64,000 bases of DNA from assembly GCA_040954595.2 (NCBI GenBank), contig CM082577.2, forward strand, positions 8,023,846 to 8,087,845. Direction: 5' to 3'. This stretch comes from Balanoglossus misakiensis. Taxonomy: Eukaryota > Animalia > Hemichordata. Numbering within the stretch: the first letter of the stretch is position 1; every line of letters begins with the position of its first letter. The notes beneath the pieces are model-generated. The model had not been told where the DNA came from, did no database searches, and worked only from the letters and a program-made list of their open reading frames with translations. Below are positions 46,641 through 60,700 of this stretch, piece after piece. The position numbers and the translations under genes are program-made.

Positions 46641-49600
46641 CTACAGCGCTTCTTTGTCGCTGCTTTTTATATTGGGATGTCGTAAAAGCAACAATATTGA
46701 TAGTACATCTGATGTTTGGGTAAGTGATAATTTCACGTACTAATATGTGCACACACAGGAAATGTTCATATTATAGGGTAAATATTGTTCTCGCCGGCTG
46801 ACCAGTCTGTGCATTTTACGCTCAGTTTATTCACATACGCCATCATCGTCCTCCTTTTAGATTCACCTGTTTTAGATAATTTGTATGAACGGAAAGTGCG
46901 CCGCTGTTGATCCCGTGGCGAGTAGACTAAATCTGTTCGTTTTTAATTTTCTGAACGTTGGCTGTTCAGTACTGTTATGTACCAATCTGATTAAAATCAG
47001 ATGTAGGGTACGGTGACGTCTTTTTTACGCGGTGCGATATTCTTATTCTGTCGCCAAGTAAATATCGACGATCGATGTAAAATATGACCCGCCCCATGGC
47101 CTTCCCCCAAAATGCTTGCACAAAATTTAGTGACTCTCCCCAAAACACATCCATTAAAAAGATTGAACCTCCCAACAGCCCTACCGTCCTGTAAATTCTA
47201 CCCAGGCCCTATTAGAACACTGTGACCTGTGACAGCGCCATCATTCTTGTTTCCCGGCTATTCTTAACAATTGGTTCACGTGATCATCGCTTCATGATGC
47301 AGGCCAACAAGAATATGAAATGTCGTGGGAGGCTAATAATACCTCATCTCCAGGCTCATCTCTCGTGAGAGTGTTTTGCCGAAAATATATTCAACCAGGT
47401 ACAAATTATCAAACGTTTAACCTGTTTTCAGTCGTGCTTCTTGTAATATCATAAGCCATCACGGAGGCAAAAATCGCCTTCTCTTAATATTCACCGGCGT
47501 TCGATAAGCCGTCTATAGTAATCAACGCAACGCAACGAAGCGAAATAAGGTTCACATCTTGAAGAAGAAAAAACGGTGCGTGTGCTAGGGCGTTACAAAA
47601 CTAAAGACTGTTCATAAGAAAATTGCGCCCTGTTGGGAAATCGTATTTGAGTGTACAGCGGATTAATCAACCATGATACAGGATAGATAGGGCACTGATC
47701 CAGAATAAGAAGTACACCCAAAGGAAGATTAAGTTAGCAGAAGGCCAGCTAACGAATAAGTATTCTGATCTCCGTTAATGTGGCGTGGGTCATTACATGT
47801 TCACTCTGGGATGTACGGGTGTTCGCTTTGAAATGAACCACGCTGTAATCTTAGTGATTGTAACTTTAGCGCACGCTGTGCGAACTGACTTATGAGAATT
47901 TGGATGCACATTGTCGAACACGGAGACTGTTTGTGGACTGAAGAGACATATTTGGTAAATCAGAAACCATGGACGGCTTCTGAAAAAAATTTGAATAATC
48001 ATATTCTGCATTTGTGACGTTGTGATACAGTTTCAGTTCACCTTAAGGCGTACCATAGAATATCCCCCATGTTTGATTAAGGTCGCCGGCCCTCCAGTCT
48101 ATTATTTATCATACAAGATTAATTACTCTGACGAAGGTTGTATCTGCGGGTGTCCGGTGTTCCAACCACGGTACGCATCAGTGATTCCTAAAATTAATGA
48201 CGTTTACGGTCATTCTGGCACGTTTTCAAATATTTCAGTCAAAAAACTGTGCATCAGCCCTCGCGAGAATCTTAGTACACTAATGCAGTTTCGGTTTAAT
48301 GACTTGTTTCAAATGCCAGCGTCCAAACGTAATGTACAACAGGGATTAAGTGAGTAATAATACTATGATCTTAGTGATTGCCTCACCAGCGTTATGACAT
48401 AAGAATGGGTACATTGAAACCTCTTTTTCCTGCGCGGAAAACTAATTACGAATACTACTGACCTACAGGTGAACTGTCATTATTAAAACCTGGAAATAAA
48501 TGAGCATGGAAGCAATAGAGTGACGATGCATCCCTGGCCTGTAATCACTACGCATGCCCAGTCGCGATCAACTCTCTGAGTGTAAAGCGTCCACAGAGCG
48601 AAATTAACCAATATGACGCCAAAAACAATGTCGTTTTTTTTCTCCGCTACAACTGATATATTAAAACAATGTTGTCTAATTAAAACGATGTCAACAATGT
48701 TCCCAGATGTACCGCGACTCCTAAAGTGCGGCCCTTCGAGAGTGTTTCTTGTCCCGGATGAGATTTAAGTCATAAATCAGAAACGATAAGCACTGACAGA
48801 CGATCTTCAGAAATTACAAGTGCCACAGCAGTTTGTGAGCTTGTAAAGTTCAGAGCCACGCTTTCACTGAATCTTAAGCTGCAATGGCAACTGTTCTACG
48901 CTCGGGAGATAAACATGCCCGTGTTTTTCGTCTTATCCCTCCGCAATCTCGTTTTGAAATAATTTGCAATGTCTCTGTAGATAAATCTCCCTTATTGTGT
49001 TTCACATGAAATGCCTTTACCCTATTCTTGAAGATTCTTCTTTCTCGCTACTATGGTATTAGTTTCAGACAAATTGGTTATTTGGAGGTACTTAGGCCCT
49101 GTAATGGGGAGGATTGCATAGGTATAGGAATCAAAGAATTAGAAAGTGAAATACGTCGTCTTAACCATGGAAACGAGATAACGTCGGGAACATCGGCTTT
49201 GCTCCAAGATGAGAAGTCTTCCTGCCCCGAGAATATTTGATAACGGGGCGTTACCTGATGGAACCCTCCTCGAAATCATCTCACATTAGTATTGACGTTG
49301 TCGAGATTTTAAAGACATGGTAATACATCTGTGTGCCTGTCTGTCTGCCTGCCTGCCTGCCTGCCTGTCTGTCTAATAGAATTCAACACAGTTGGCGAAC
49401 AAATTGAACAGTATACTTGACCTACAAGAAGCCCTTGCAGGTTTTTCTTAACTGACTGTTCCAATGACAAATGAGGTCAAGGAACATCGTTGTGATAATT
49501 TCAAGGTTAATTGTCGTTTGTGCATCTAAACAGGGAAGATTGAACTCTCCTTTCTGTATTATACAGTACATCTTCTGATGTATCTCAAATTGCCAGTTTG

Positions 49601-52600
49601 AAGACGCTGCTGTGATTGTGATTGTGTCGTCTATAGTACACCGCCTGATTACAAGTACGACTTCTGTTTTCAATTCAGGTCATTGGAATATTAATAATAT
49701 CTATACAAAATGTATTATTCATTGATCACGATGGCACTTTCGGTTCGCTTTTCTGTTTTAAGAGAGCGAGTACTTTCCTGGGTTTATTGACCTGTGCCTC
49801 GAAGCCATTTTTTTCGATCACGTGGTTATTGATGCGTTCGAGATCCAGTAGTCTGACGTCACTATTCTCTTCGGGTTCACAAGAGGGTAGTATCGGTAGT
49901 AACTTGGTCAGTGTACGACGTTTTGTGAGTTGCTATGCTATCATGCCTGTGTATACGGATCAAGGAAGTCTGCAATGCGGCCAAGGTGACGCCGGAACAG
50001 GTTATTGCTTCTTTCCAGTAGTCGTCAAAATCGATCGGTTTACCGAGAAGGCTTAATCAGATGGGCGTACTGGAAATGACATCTATGGCTCTTTAGGAAT
50101 CTCTGAGTCGCATGCGCTTTCACTTACATTGGCACTGACAAAGTAACATTGCTAAATGTGTACATCTTCTTACTCGTCCTTGTACATCAAAATGTGATGC
50201 ACCCCTGGCGTTTGGCCAGATCATGTGAATTTGTACGAGTTTGTGTTTCGATTATATTCGCGTTACCAGTATTACACAAGCGAGAATCACATCTATAGAA
50301 CGTCTACAAAGGCGGTCACATCAATGCATACCAAAGTTGACAGGGTCTAGGTCAAGTTCCCTTTTCATAATATGACGTGCCTTGACAGGCTTAGATAATT
50401 CTTAGAAATCCGCCTATTTGGGCAAGAGATGAAGGTCAAATTGTCACGGAATGATTTTGGTGGAGCCTACATACACTATCTGCAGAGGCCTGATCGTGTC
50501 TAAACGGCTTTCAATAGCATGAGAAATTTCAAATACTTCTTAACGAGGGCTGAAGGCAAAATGGGATATTGTAACCGGCGCCGACTGATTACTTTCCCAA
50601 ATTGTCCAACTCGTTAACACAAGGTATAGTTAAGATTAATCAGGGTCGTCGGCCCTTCAGTCCGACGTCTTGTCGAATGCAAAAAATTCATCATCGCAGC
50701 AAGCCGTTTCTTTTTTTCCCTGCGGCCTAACGACCTTGCAAACACCGGCATACTTTTCCTCTTATTGGCGCGCGTTTAGTTGCCATAATGGGCACCTTCA
50801 TCAGAAGAACCAGTGCTGTTGAAATTGCCATCGAATTTATATTTCCTAACTGCAGGTAAATTTCGTTTGAAAGTTATGACGTCCCTCACACGAAAACCTG
50901 GTTAGAGGTCCGTGAAATATTTACCGGGGTTGCATGCCAAGTAGAAGATACACTTCAGAGATAAAGAATTCCGATTCCTCTCAATATATCCTCTCTCGCT
51001 AATTTATTAATTGAGGTGTTTCAGGCACATTCTGATTTCTAGTCGGTAGTGTATATTGTATCAGTTCCATTACTGTGACTGTTTTGAAAGCGAAGCGAAA
51101 TAAGCGTGAGATAAGAATCGAAAAGGGGGCTTCTGTCCATGGACTCGTATGAATGGAAATGAATTTGAATTTATTCAGGAGCCAGATGTTTTAATAGCTT
51201 ATACGTGTCTGTCCATAGAGTCTAGTATTCATCACATCATTTCTTTGTATACACGTCTTTTTGTAAGTAACAGCGTCGGTTAGTGAAGCGTTGGACCGTT
51301 TTCTCACGTCTAAAAGTTCCTTTGAATCATATCGGCATAAATCTATGGATTTGGTTGCAAAGTGTCGAACGTTAGACCATTAGTGTACAATTTATTTTGT
51401 TATTTCGACTGTACATTGTACTCTTGCGTCCATCAATCGTCTTTCATTCACCAAACAATATCTCAATCCACTCCTCTTTATATTTGATTAAAACAGTAGA
51501 AATCTGTTAATTATCCGTCCTAATTGACATCTGGTGAAGATGGAAAGTTAAGGAAGGGCTTGAGTGAAAATATCGCAAATATAACTATCTCACAGAGTTT
51601 ATAACATATGCACACATCCAGTGACGTCATATTATTCAAACATACATGAAAAGCCATACATTTCATAAGGTACTAGTGTCATGCAGCAAAATGCTCTATT
51701 CTTATTTTAACCGCGGTTCCTAAAAGAATTCTTCTCAGTGACGGGTGACCAACAGTACATCACGTATACATGCGTGTCATACCCACAGGCACTGATAAGG
51801 GTTGCTGAGAACGATGACTGACGATCAACTGTGCTCTGGGAACAACAAGACCGCCGCGACTGACAATAGTACCTGAGTCCATCAGCAATCGAATGCACCG
51901 ACTTCATTGAGTACCTCTGCCCGTAGCTGTGTCATCGTCGATGAGACCCTCACAATGAGATGCAATCTTCTTTCTTTCGCATTCATCGCCTCCAGAACGA
52001 GTGTTCAAATGTTATTTACGGTGTATATACGTGCAGTGTTGCCGTACTCAAAGGAGTAGATGTTACGAAACAAGTCTACCCCAATCATAGACCCTAGACC
52101 CATGTATGCAAATTTTTTTGCTACTTATGTTATCGTCTCGAGATATACAGCCTCACTTTCCTTGAAGGTATACTGTATAATGCCAGATGTTAACTCGAGA
52201 TAACGAACCTACAAAGAGACAAAATGCATTTTCTTAGTTAGTGTTATCAAACCGACTGTGTCGCCCCAGGCATTAAACGATGAACCGGACGTGCGGGATG
52301 ACAAAGTCAGGTTTCTTTGAATCGATATTCTTCTAATCCAGTCTTGGGCGTACATGTCATTAACAACTGAAATGCCGAAAAAGACAAGTTGTGTTCGCCA
52401 TTAATTTTCAATATATGCGTCCCTAAAACATGTCGCATGGCACCAGAAAGGTTAATTTAATTCGCAATTTCAGTTGATAATTTATAGCATGTTTGTAATT
52501 CGTATGTCTTGCAGTATTTATTTTCACAAGAGAGTGATCCTCGCTAGGCAACGTCCTTCCGTGTAATCTTTATACGAGAATGAATCCGGCACAATAGTGT

Positions 52601-52664
52601 CCTTGGGAATGATGCGAAAATAGACATATTTGATTTGTTAATTTATTAAATGCATTAATCGGAT

Positions 52665-52737
52665 CAATCAATCAATCAATCAAGCACGCAAGCAAGAAAG
52701 CAATCAATCAATCAATCAAACATACAAACAAACAAAC
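52665..52737. repeat. Compound (ATCA)n/(AAGC)n/(AAAC)n microsatellite
   Basis: Read directly. Confidence 0.85.
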
Positions 52738-54809
52738 ACCAAATCATGGTGTTTTGGAGCCTACAATCCCAAAGCACACCGACCTTTACATGCACTGAAT
52801 AATTTAGAGCCTAACGTCATTAAGACTTCTCTCGCAATTACATTCATCGCTCGAGCTACTTTACCGACTGATAAGATGATCTTCCTGCCAAAAGAAATGA
52901 TGAAAAATTGATGAGCAAGAAAGTCCCCGATTCATATTATGCAGAATCAGAGATATTAACGAGATATGCATCAACAAAGAGGAAATCATTCACTGGGAAG
53001 TCGCCGCAAGATCTGGCACTAATCGGTTCGATTTACTCTTTGAGATCACTCGCATCGTCTTCTAAAATACTTCGGGTGGGAAAAGACTTCCCTCTGTCCT
53101 CCTGTATTAAATGTCTCTTCCGAATGGAATACTGCCTTCTATTACCGTTGAATGGGTGCATGAAGATTGACTTAACTCATTGTAATCTTCTTGATTAATG
53201 ATTGATGATGGCAACTTCGTACGTCAATCTGAGTAATATCCACTAATTTATATTGGATATTTTGTATCAGATTTAAACATGTTTTATTGCAAATTATGCT
53301 GTTGGCAATATTATTTGTCGAATGAACGTCTGATGGTACAACTCTTCAATAAATGGTGCGCGCGACAAAAATATTGAGTATTTTTTTAAATTTTGACCAG
53401 ATAAGCTGAAGCCATCTTCCTATGCATTCAGACGATGTTCTGTCGCTAGACTCATTATCTTATGCTCACTAATATACAATATTGAATACAGGTAACCTTA
53501 GCTTCAAAATATTTTTATACAAAAAATGACATATTGGTATCCAAATATACAAACATACTGCGAACAGACGCTTTCCTCAAAGTTGTCTACTGGTTCAAGG
53601 AATTCAATTATGGCATAAAGGAGCTTTCAATGCTACATTAATCACGTATTGAACTCATGACTGATCGTGAACCGCCTGTCCATATGTTCAATCAAATTCA
53701 AATGCCTCGATTAACGGTTTTCACAAATTACTAATAGGCGTGTATTTTATCATGTTGCATTTTGGTTTTAGTATGTTGTACTGATAAGGATGGTGAAAGC
53801 TGAATAAGAATTCTTGCTCCGATTTCTGCAAATGTATATCCCCAGCCTGCCTACGAAATACAAGGTCACCAGTGTGGACCACCATTTAAAACGTTTGATA
53901 CATGCATATACCTCTATACAAATTTAACACAGCTCGCATTCAGTTCACGTCTGGATCACTGTCCGATACTGTAAGTTTTATAATTATTATTTAGAATTTT
54001 AAAAAAACTAATTTAGTCTAAAGATATACAACCATGTGTACATGAAACTTATATCAGTTATAGGTATCGTCAAAACCCAGTGTTCGTGTTCTACCGATTG
54101 ATGTGTTACTCATGAAGTAACTTGCAGGAAGCACAGTCTCAATTTGTACCGTCTTGCATCCCTGTCGTCTTCCGTCTTGGCGCTGAATTAATATATTGTG
54201 CATGTCAGATCAAATAATTGCAATTCATACTTTACGGGTACGGATGATTGGAGTGTGGTTAATTTAGATTCTTTGCTAATGCACAAAATTCATATTCACA
54301 TGCTATTGAACTTCGTACTCGTTGCGTTTTCCATCCCATATATCGATAACGACAGGAGCTAGTCTATCTTCCAATCACCACAAGGTCGAACGCAGAAAGC
54401 CCAATTAAACTGGAAGGATGAAAAAGAGGATGTCGTGGGAAACCTTAAAACTCGACAAATATCCTGATTCTGTTAGATTGCTTCGGTGATGTTTTTGTGA
54501 TTTGGCTGTAGTGATCCAGACGACGCCACCCATTGTACACTTGGCGCGTATTATCAGACATCTATGGTACTTAAAAAGTTTTAGATATTTACTCGCGGCA
54601 AGGAAATGGCGCTGCTATAGCCACTGTCAAGGAGTTTACAGCAAAATCCTTGGCTTCTACTGAAGCAGTGTTTTTTTCAATTGCTGCATTGACTAATTTC
54701 GTATATTTCCCAGAGGAATGGATAGTCTTCGTAAAACACTTAGAAAAGTCAACTCGCCGTACTGTAACATTCATCGGATAATTGTGCTGCGCTTTACCGT
54801 ACTACGTGT

Positions 54810-54925
54810 TCTGTACTGTACTGTACTGTATTGCACTGCACTGCACTCATTGCACTGTGCTGTACTGTACTGTACAGTAACTGTTCTGTACTGCACTGTT
54901 CTGCGATGCACTGCACTGCACTGAA
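54810..54925. repeat. Degenerate (CTGTA/CTGCA)n pentanucleotide repeat
   Basis: Read directly. Confidence 0.85.
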
Positions 54926-57197
54926 TTGTACATATATGCTATACTGAGCTACGTTGTTCTGTTCTGTTCGGCACTACATGTATACACTTCATTACATTAA
55001 ACCACGCCACGTCATACCACACCACACCACACGGCACGTCACGACACTGTGCTGTGCTCTCTTTTTAAAACTGTTCTCAAGAGATTGCCTTGCGGATGGA
55101 TAAAAAATAATTCCTGGCTGTACTTTACACTGTATGTATCTCTTGGGTGATCATTTAGTTGTCGGGTTACGTCAAACACTGGCTGCCCTTTGGACAATTC
55201 GAGTGTAATCCGGTGTAATCCGGTGTAATCCAGCGAGCATCGGCAAAACCGGAGACTGTTTTGATAAAAAAAATATCTGGGCAACTCACATTGTTATCTG
55301 TGCATCGCAGACAGCCGAATTTTAAGAATCTAAGCAGTATCTGATATTTTAGTGTAGTTGATTATAAATGTAACCCAGACATAGTCACGAAGCCAACAAT
55401 GTAAATGTCATCTCCTCTATGTATTTTGACTTAAAGATATTTAGAACATTCAGGGAGTTCAACAAAATAATTTAAACAGGAAATGATTTTTTTATTTTTG
55501 AAAATTCTTCACGTCATAAAACAACATGTCTACACAATGCGATGCAGCAATCCCACTGAGCCTTTTGTCACAAGATGTTGAGGTCTAACTCTTAATTATC
55601 ATTGAGCTAAAATGTCATGTTGAGGTCACATTAATTCGAATTGTCGAATTAAGTAAACATGTACAAATGACACAAGGAATAAAAACCATACACTTTATCA
55701 TCTCGATTGTCTATGGTGTTAACACATGAGTATTGACATACTTAAAAATTAATCGCTCCATCACATAATATACTAACTCGCGCATGTTGGCATTTGTATC
55801 ATTAATGATAAAACTACAAAAAAAGAAAAACAAAACAGTCGACAAAACAAAGTAACATTCTTTTACGATCACCATTTCCCATTATCAAGTATAGACTGAT
55901 TGTGTAAGGTATTTTTAGTCAAAATGACTTTATAGGTTAGGTACGTTGTCGTAAAAGAGAATTATACGATTCATCTATTGTCAGCTGATACTGACAAGAC
56001 AACCTTTTACCCAATCACACTTGATAGATGTCTGGATCCTGATACAATTTAAAGTAAGAAAATAGAAGAGAGAAAACAAGAAATGAACAAAAATGACGTT
56101 GACGGTAACAAACCAACATTTTACTGATTGTTTCATCTGCAAAATGTTTTATATTAAGTACATAAGGCCTATACATCTGATACTGTTTGTTATGCCTTTT
56201 ACATGTATATGTATGTTTACGAGTATGAAAAAAACACCACAAAATTTCACTTCAAACTACACTTGATAAACAATAGTACTGAGGCTAGGGTACATGTCAC
56301 AATGATTTGACCGGGACCAGCGACATCAGGTAAACACTTCCGTGCTTACACTAACAGACAACCAAACCCACAGATTCTATCTTGGTTGTTTTTTTGCCCC
56401 TGTTGACACAAGTAACACAGTCCAGACAGGTATTTGTTTCAAAGGTCACATCATAAGCAAACTAACATCAGGATCGACTGGATTGCCAGGTTTTGGTTGA
56501 AAAGAGACATCTGAATAAAATTGAAAACTGTCATGATCCAGATTGTTTTTATAAAGATGATTGTTATGTAGAATTAAGGCAAATGTACTGAGATATCAGT
56601 TTATGACAATTAATGCGTGTTTCTGTCAACATCAAAATAAGCGATTCCTTTTTAATAGCAAGGTCTTAGCAATTAAAAAAATATTTTCATGTTTGGTAGT
56701 ATGAAAAATTCACATCTGAGACACACACACACGTCTCTAATTAAACACACGTTTCTCGACTCGACGATTAAAATAATGATGTCAGTGATATACAAACGTA
56801 AAGGATCATTTACTGGAACACTGAGTCACGAGCGGCTTTGAAAAAAAACTTAGAAGCAACAGTGACGTCTCTGTTTTCTTGTACAACGCCATATACGTCT
56901 TTTCTGCAACTTGCAACAAGTATATTCGATATACTCATCCAATCTCTATCGCTATAACAATCACACATAATCACAAAATATAGAAAAATCCTTCCCTCGA
57001 TGCACTGTATCACTACTGGCAGTAGATTGGTCACAATTTAGTACTGTGGCAGTGGCGTGCGAGTTCATTCGGTGACCATGGTTATTAGCCTTTAAATCTG
57101 TCGCACCTTGGGTCTTTCAATGAATTTAGTGTAGTAATCCCATTTGTACAGTTTTCGATTTTCCCTGGTGCACAACGATCGTTCTTCTCCAGCATTC

Positions 57198-57231
57198 TTT
57201 GGTTTGGTTTGGTTTGGTTTGGTTTGGTTTG
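57198..57231. repeat. (TTTGG)n microsatellite in the 3' region of gene D
   Basis: Read directly. Confidence 0.92.
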
Positions 57232-57398
57232 CAACTATATTACACAGTTGTAAGCTTATGCCAATCTCAGAAAGTTAGTTGCCCAGTCGTGTTTGCGCAT
57301 ATCATTCCCCGGTCAAAACACTGCACGCAATCATACCGCTTAGTATTAAAGACTGATTCACACTTGGTCGGTTCACACAACGGGGGTTCACACAACCT

Positions 57399-57779
57399 CT
57401 ACGCCAAGTCCGTACATGCGTGGTTCGTCCTCATGGAGGCATTGTTGTTCGAGAATTCCGTCATGGCCGTCTGCGGTCGATCCGGGCGGGCGAAGCTGCC
57501 GGCCGTGTCGCCCTTCTCCGGCTTGGAGCAAATCGACGGCAGAATGACGAACACACAGGAGAGAATGACCATCATGCTCCCGATGCTCATGGTGACTATT
57601 CCGACGCTCCCGACGTCGAGTCTGTCGTCCCCCGGGAACATGACGAGGGTGAGTCCCACACCGACGAACAGCAGACCGACGCCGATGCAGGCGAGCCCCT
57701 TCGGACTACAGCTTACGCCGTTTCTTCGCTCTCCCGATATCGACAGCGCGGTCGTGTCAGAGCATCTGTGGCGCGGCAT
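57399..57779 (-). CDS. Small two-TM membrane protein D, PIRT/TMEM100-like topology, 126 aa
   Basis: Minus-strand acceptor (T-run followed by cag) at 57817, ATG at 57779. TM1 is GLACIGVGLLFVGVGLTLVMF, the loop is PGDDRLD and TM2 is VGSVGIVTMSIGSMMVILSCVFVIL. The exon is a GC-rich island in AT-rich surroundings. Confidence 0.82.
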   Translation of the reverse strand: MPRHRCSDTTALSISGERRNGVSCSPKGLACIGVGLLFVGVGLTLVMFPGDDRLDVGSVGIVTMSIGSMMVILSCVFVILPSICSKPEKGDTAGSFARPDRPQTAMTEFSNNNASMRTNHACTDLA

Positions 57780-60700
57780 CTTGCATCATCACCGACGTTC
57801 ACAACAAAGGGGTTGACTGAAAAAAAACACGATCTGCGAAAAAGAGCACACGAGAATAGAATGCAGTATCATCCGAGAGTTAAGACCAACGATGGTGCAT
57901 CTTACTGATCTCAAATAATCTGAGGTTAAGAGCCATTTCAGGATGGAACTCTTATACCATCAGGACATACGAACATGCGCACTTCAAACTAGCCTATACT
58001 TGCCAGCACAATTACATCTGTCAATATAAATATATAGTATTATATTGATTAGCAGGCAAGGGCACCAGACACAGCATAGGCTATAGGGTCGATGGCATAT
58101 AAACCGACCCAAATATAGATTTCAAGCTGTTCAATATTGCAGTGCAATGGTCATCCACAACATTGCGAGCTACGTCAAAAAGTTGAAAAATAACGATCGT
58201 GTTAAGGGTACCCCACGCGCAAGGTGCAGACAATGAAATGTGAATTCAGGGGTGTCTCAGAATATACTAGGGAGTCGTCTGCCCCCCTAACGTAAGGGTA
58301 GGGTGGAACTAGAAATAGCCTGCAGACAACGTATTCATATTATTAAAGACTTGTGCATAGAGAAAATGAGCATAGGGAAACCATATCAGGAATGGCGCTT
58401 AGATTGTGCGCATGTGTGCCGCCAGCGGATTACACAGAACCTATAGAATCCTACAACTTGGGCCAGCTTCGCATTTCTAGCTTTGAAAAACAACGCCAAC
58501 TTCCTGCATTTCTCTGTATTCTCGCTATGTTCACGATTATTAATTTGTTAAGCTCTGAACTTTTATTCGTAATGTTAGACCGAAACGTATCGCGATTGGA
58601 CCTTCTGCATTCGTGAGGCAATCTGAGTAATTGTGATGCGAGTACCTTCAAGCATTATCTGCCAAGCAATTTATTTTCAAATTAATCAAAACAAAGTCGA
58701 CAAGAAATATAGTACGTTCACATCTGGGTCCATGGCCGGACAAAGAAAAGCTGGAAGATTATGAGAAAATAAGCATGGACTCAGAAGTTTTTGGTCCGCG
58801 TTCGTAGTACTGTGGTCCTACTCTAGTCATAGGATTTACAGCAGGTCTTCCGCCCAAAATCTGGATCAATTCATCGATAAACTACATGTATGCAGATCGA
58901 TCAGAATCTCGTTGATTGTGACAAAATTGTCCGGATGGTGGCTGACAATACCGTTCACATCATTCTTGTAGATCGGCCACGCCCCATGGCTTGACAAGGG
59001 TCGGACAATTTAGTGTAATAAGAACGCTTCTATAACCATTGACTGATTGCACATGCGAGTCACTGAACCACAATCAAGCCGCGCATAACGGATTGAACGT
59101 TTATTTAACTTTTTATCCTAGTGAGAAGAAACTATATGTAACATCACGTTTACTGCCTTTTATCGAGTTTTATCGGACGACAATATGGCCTTGTAAGATA
59201 TTTATGTTCATGCCATGTGTCTTTATCACTTTTATCTGGCTGAATATATGTTATCATTTTATTGGAAAGCTGCAACAACAGCTCTGTAATCCTCTTACCA
59301 TTTTAAACAAAGTCGAAGCCTTCCGATGGAGAGAAAAATACCTTAATTCCAGTCCAGATGACGATAACGGTAAAACCTTAGTATGATAACGGTACATTAG
59401 AGGCCCGTGGTTTTTTGTCAGCTTTACCTATCGACAAATTGATGTATGGAGTCTTCTGCGAGACACGTGCTTGTGGAGAGTGAAGAACTGTCGCCACACA
59501 AGTGCATGCGCATTAATGTGAACAAGACCTGGCGCGAGACAGTGCCTTGAAGGCTATCGCGAGCTTCGTTAGAAATACTATGACTTGATCGATCGGTAAT
59601 GACAGTGCGATGAGATATGATGAGGGCCTACTAAAAAGCTTTTGATGCACGATTACTGTCAACTAATCGTGTCACGAGTTGATGGACTGTGTCATGAAAT
59701 AATGATCGCTGTCATATTTACAAAATCATCGTTTCTGTAACATAATCTCTGGCGTTTATTTTACTAAAACATTCATCATGCAAGTTAATCGGGTGGGTAT
59801 TAATTTCAGAAAAAAATGGTTGTTCCCTTGTGATTATATGAACATCGGACAAGGTTTCAAACGGCAGACTTTAGATGAAATCTGACCCTTTTTTACGAGC
59901 AAGGCAAACATCGAGCTGACGGAAATAAATGCTATTGACTTGCAGTGATGATAGTTCACCTGACTTTCACGAGATCTGTGCAGAGAGAAAAAAAAGTGTA
60001 GTTTGCGCTTGTCGATCAGATTGGATGCATGGTAGCATTGTCAAATCAAATAGACCATTTTCCAAAATCCACGAGATTCTGCAAGATCTCGCGTGGCTAG
60101 GCAGTTTCAACATGGGAGGGCATCCTTGTGTAACACAGGACAACCAACACATGGCTCATTGTGTAAAACGTCACAGGAGTACATGTAACCTGTTGCTACG
60201 GTAATTAACCAAATCTCGCGATATCTCGCACCGAGTCTCGCGATATCTCGCAATGAGCGGAACATCATCTACTGTAAACCCCATAAAGAAACTACGAAAA
60301 CGACAAAAATATAATAAAAACCTGTGGCGTACAGAAAACACAATCCTAACAGTAAAATAACTAACATAGTCAGTAAGGAAGGAAACACTCAGTTTCGAAA
60401 TAGACTTCTGCAATAAAAAATAGGCAAGATCAGCAGGTGAACAAACATGCACTGTGTCATTGATTGCTTTAATGCCTGGTTAAGTTATTCGTGAGAGTAT
60501 ACCAGACAATGGCTTGGCTGTTTATGTACTACTAATGTGCTTTTTTAAGTCTTTATGTTATTAGCGCATCGAATGGTTTCCATGGTTATTTCAACTACTG
60601 TATTTCCACGATGTGAATACATTAATAGTTATCAATTTTTGTCGCTTCTCAAACTGCAGACGTTACATGTATGTACACGAAGCATTGGCACTAATTGATG

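Noticed and set aside
57199-57908. Plus-strand ORFs of 205 aa and 162 aa overlapping gene D
   Set aside because: Antisense shadows of gene D; one starts in a TTTGG microsatellite.
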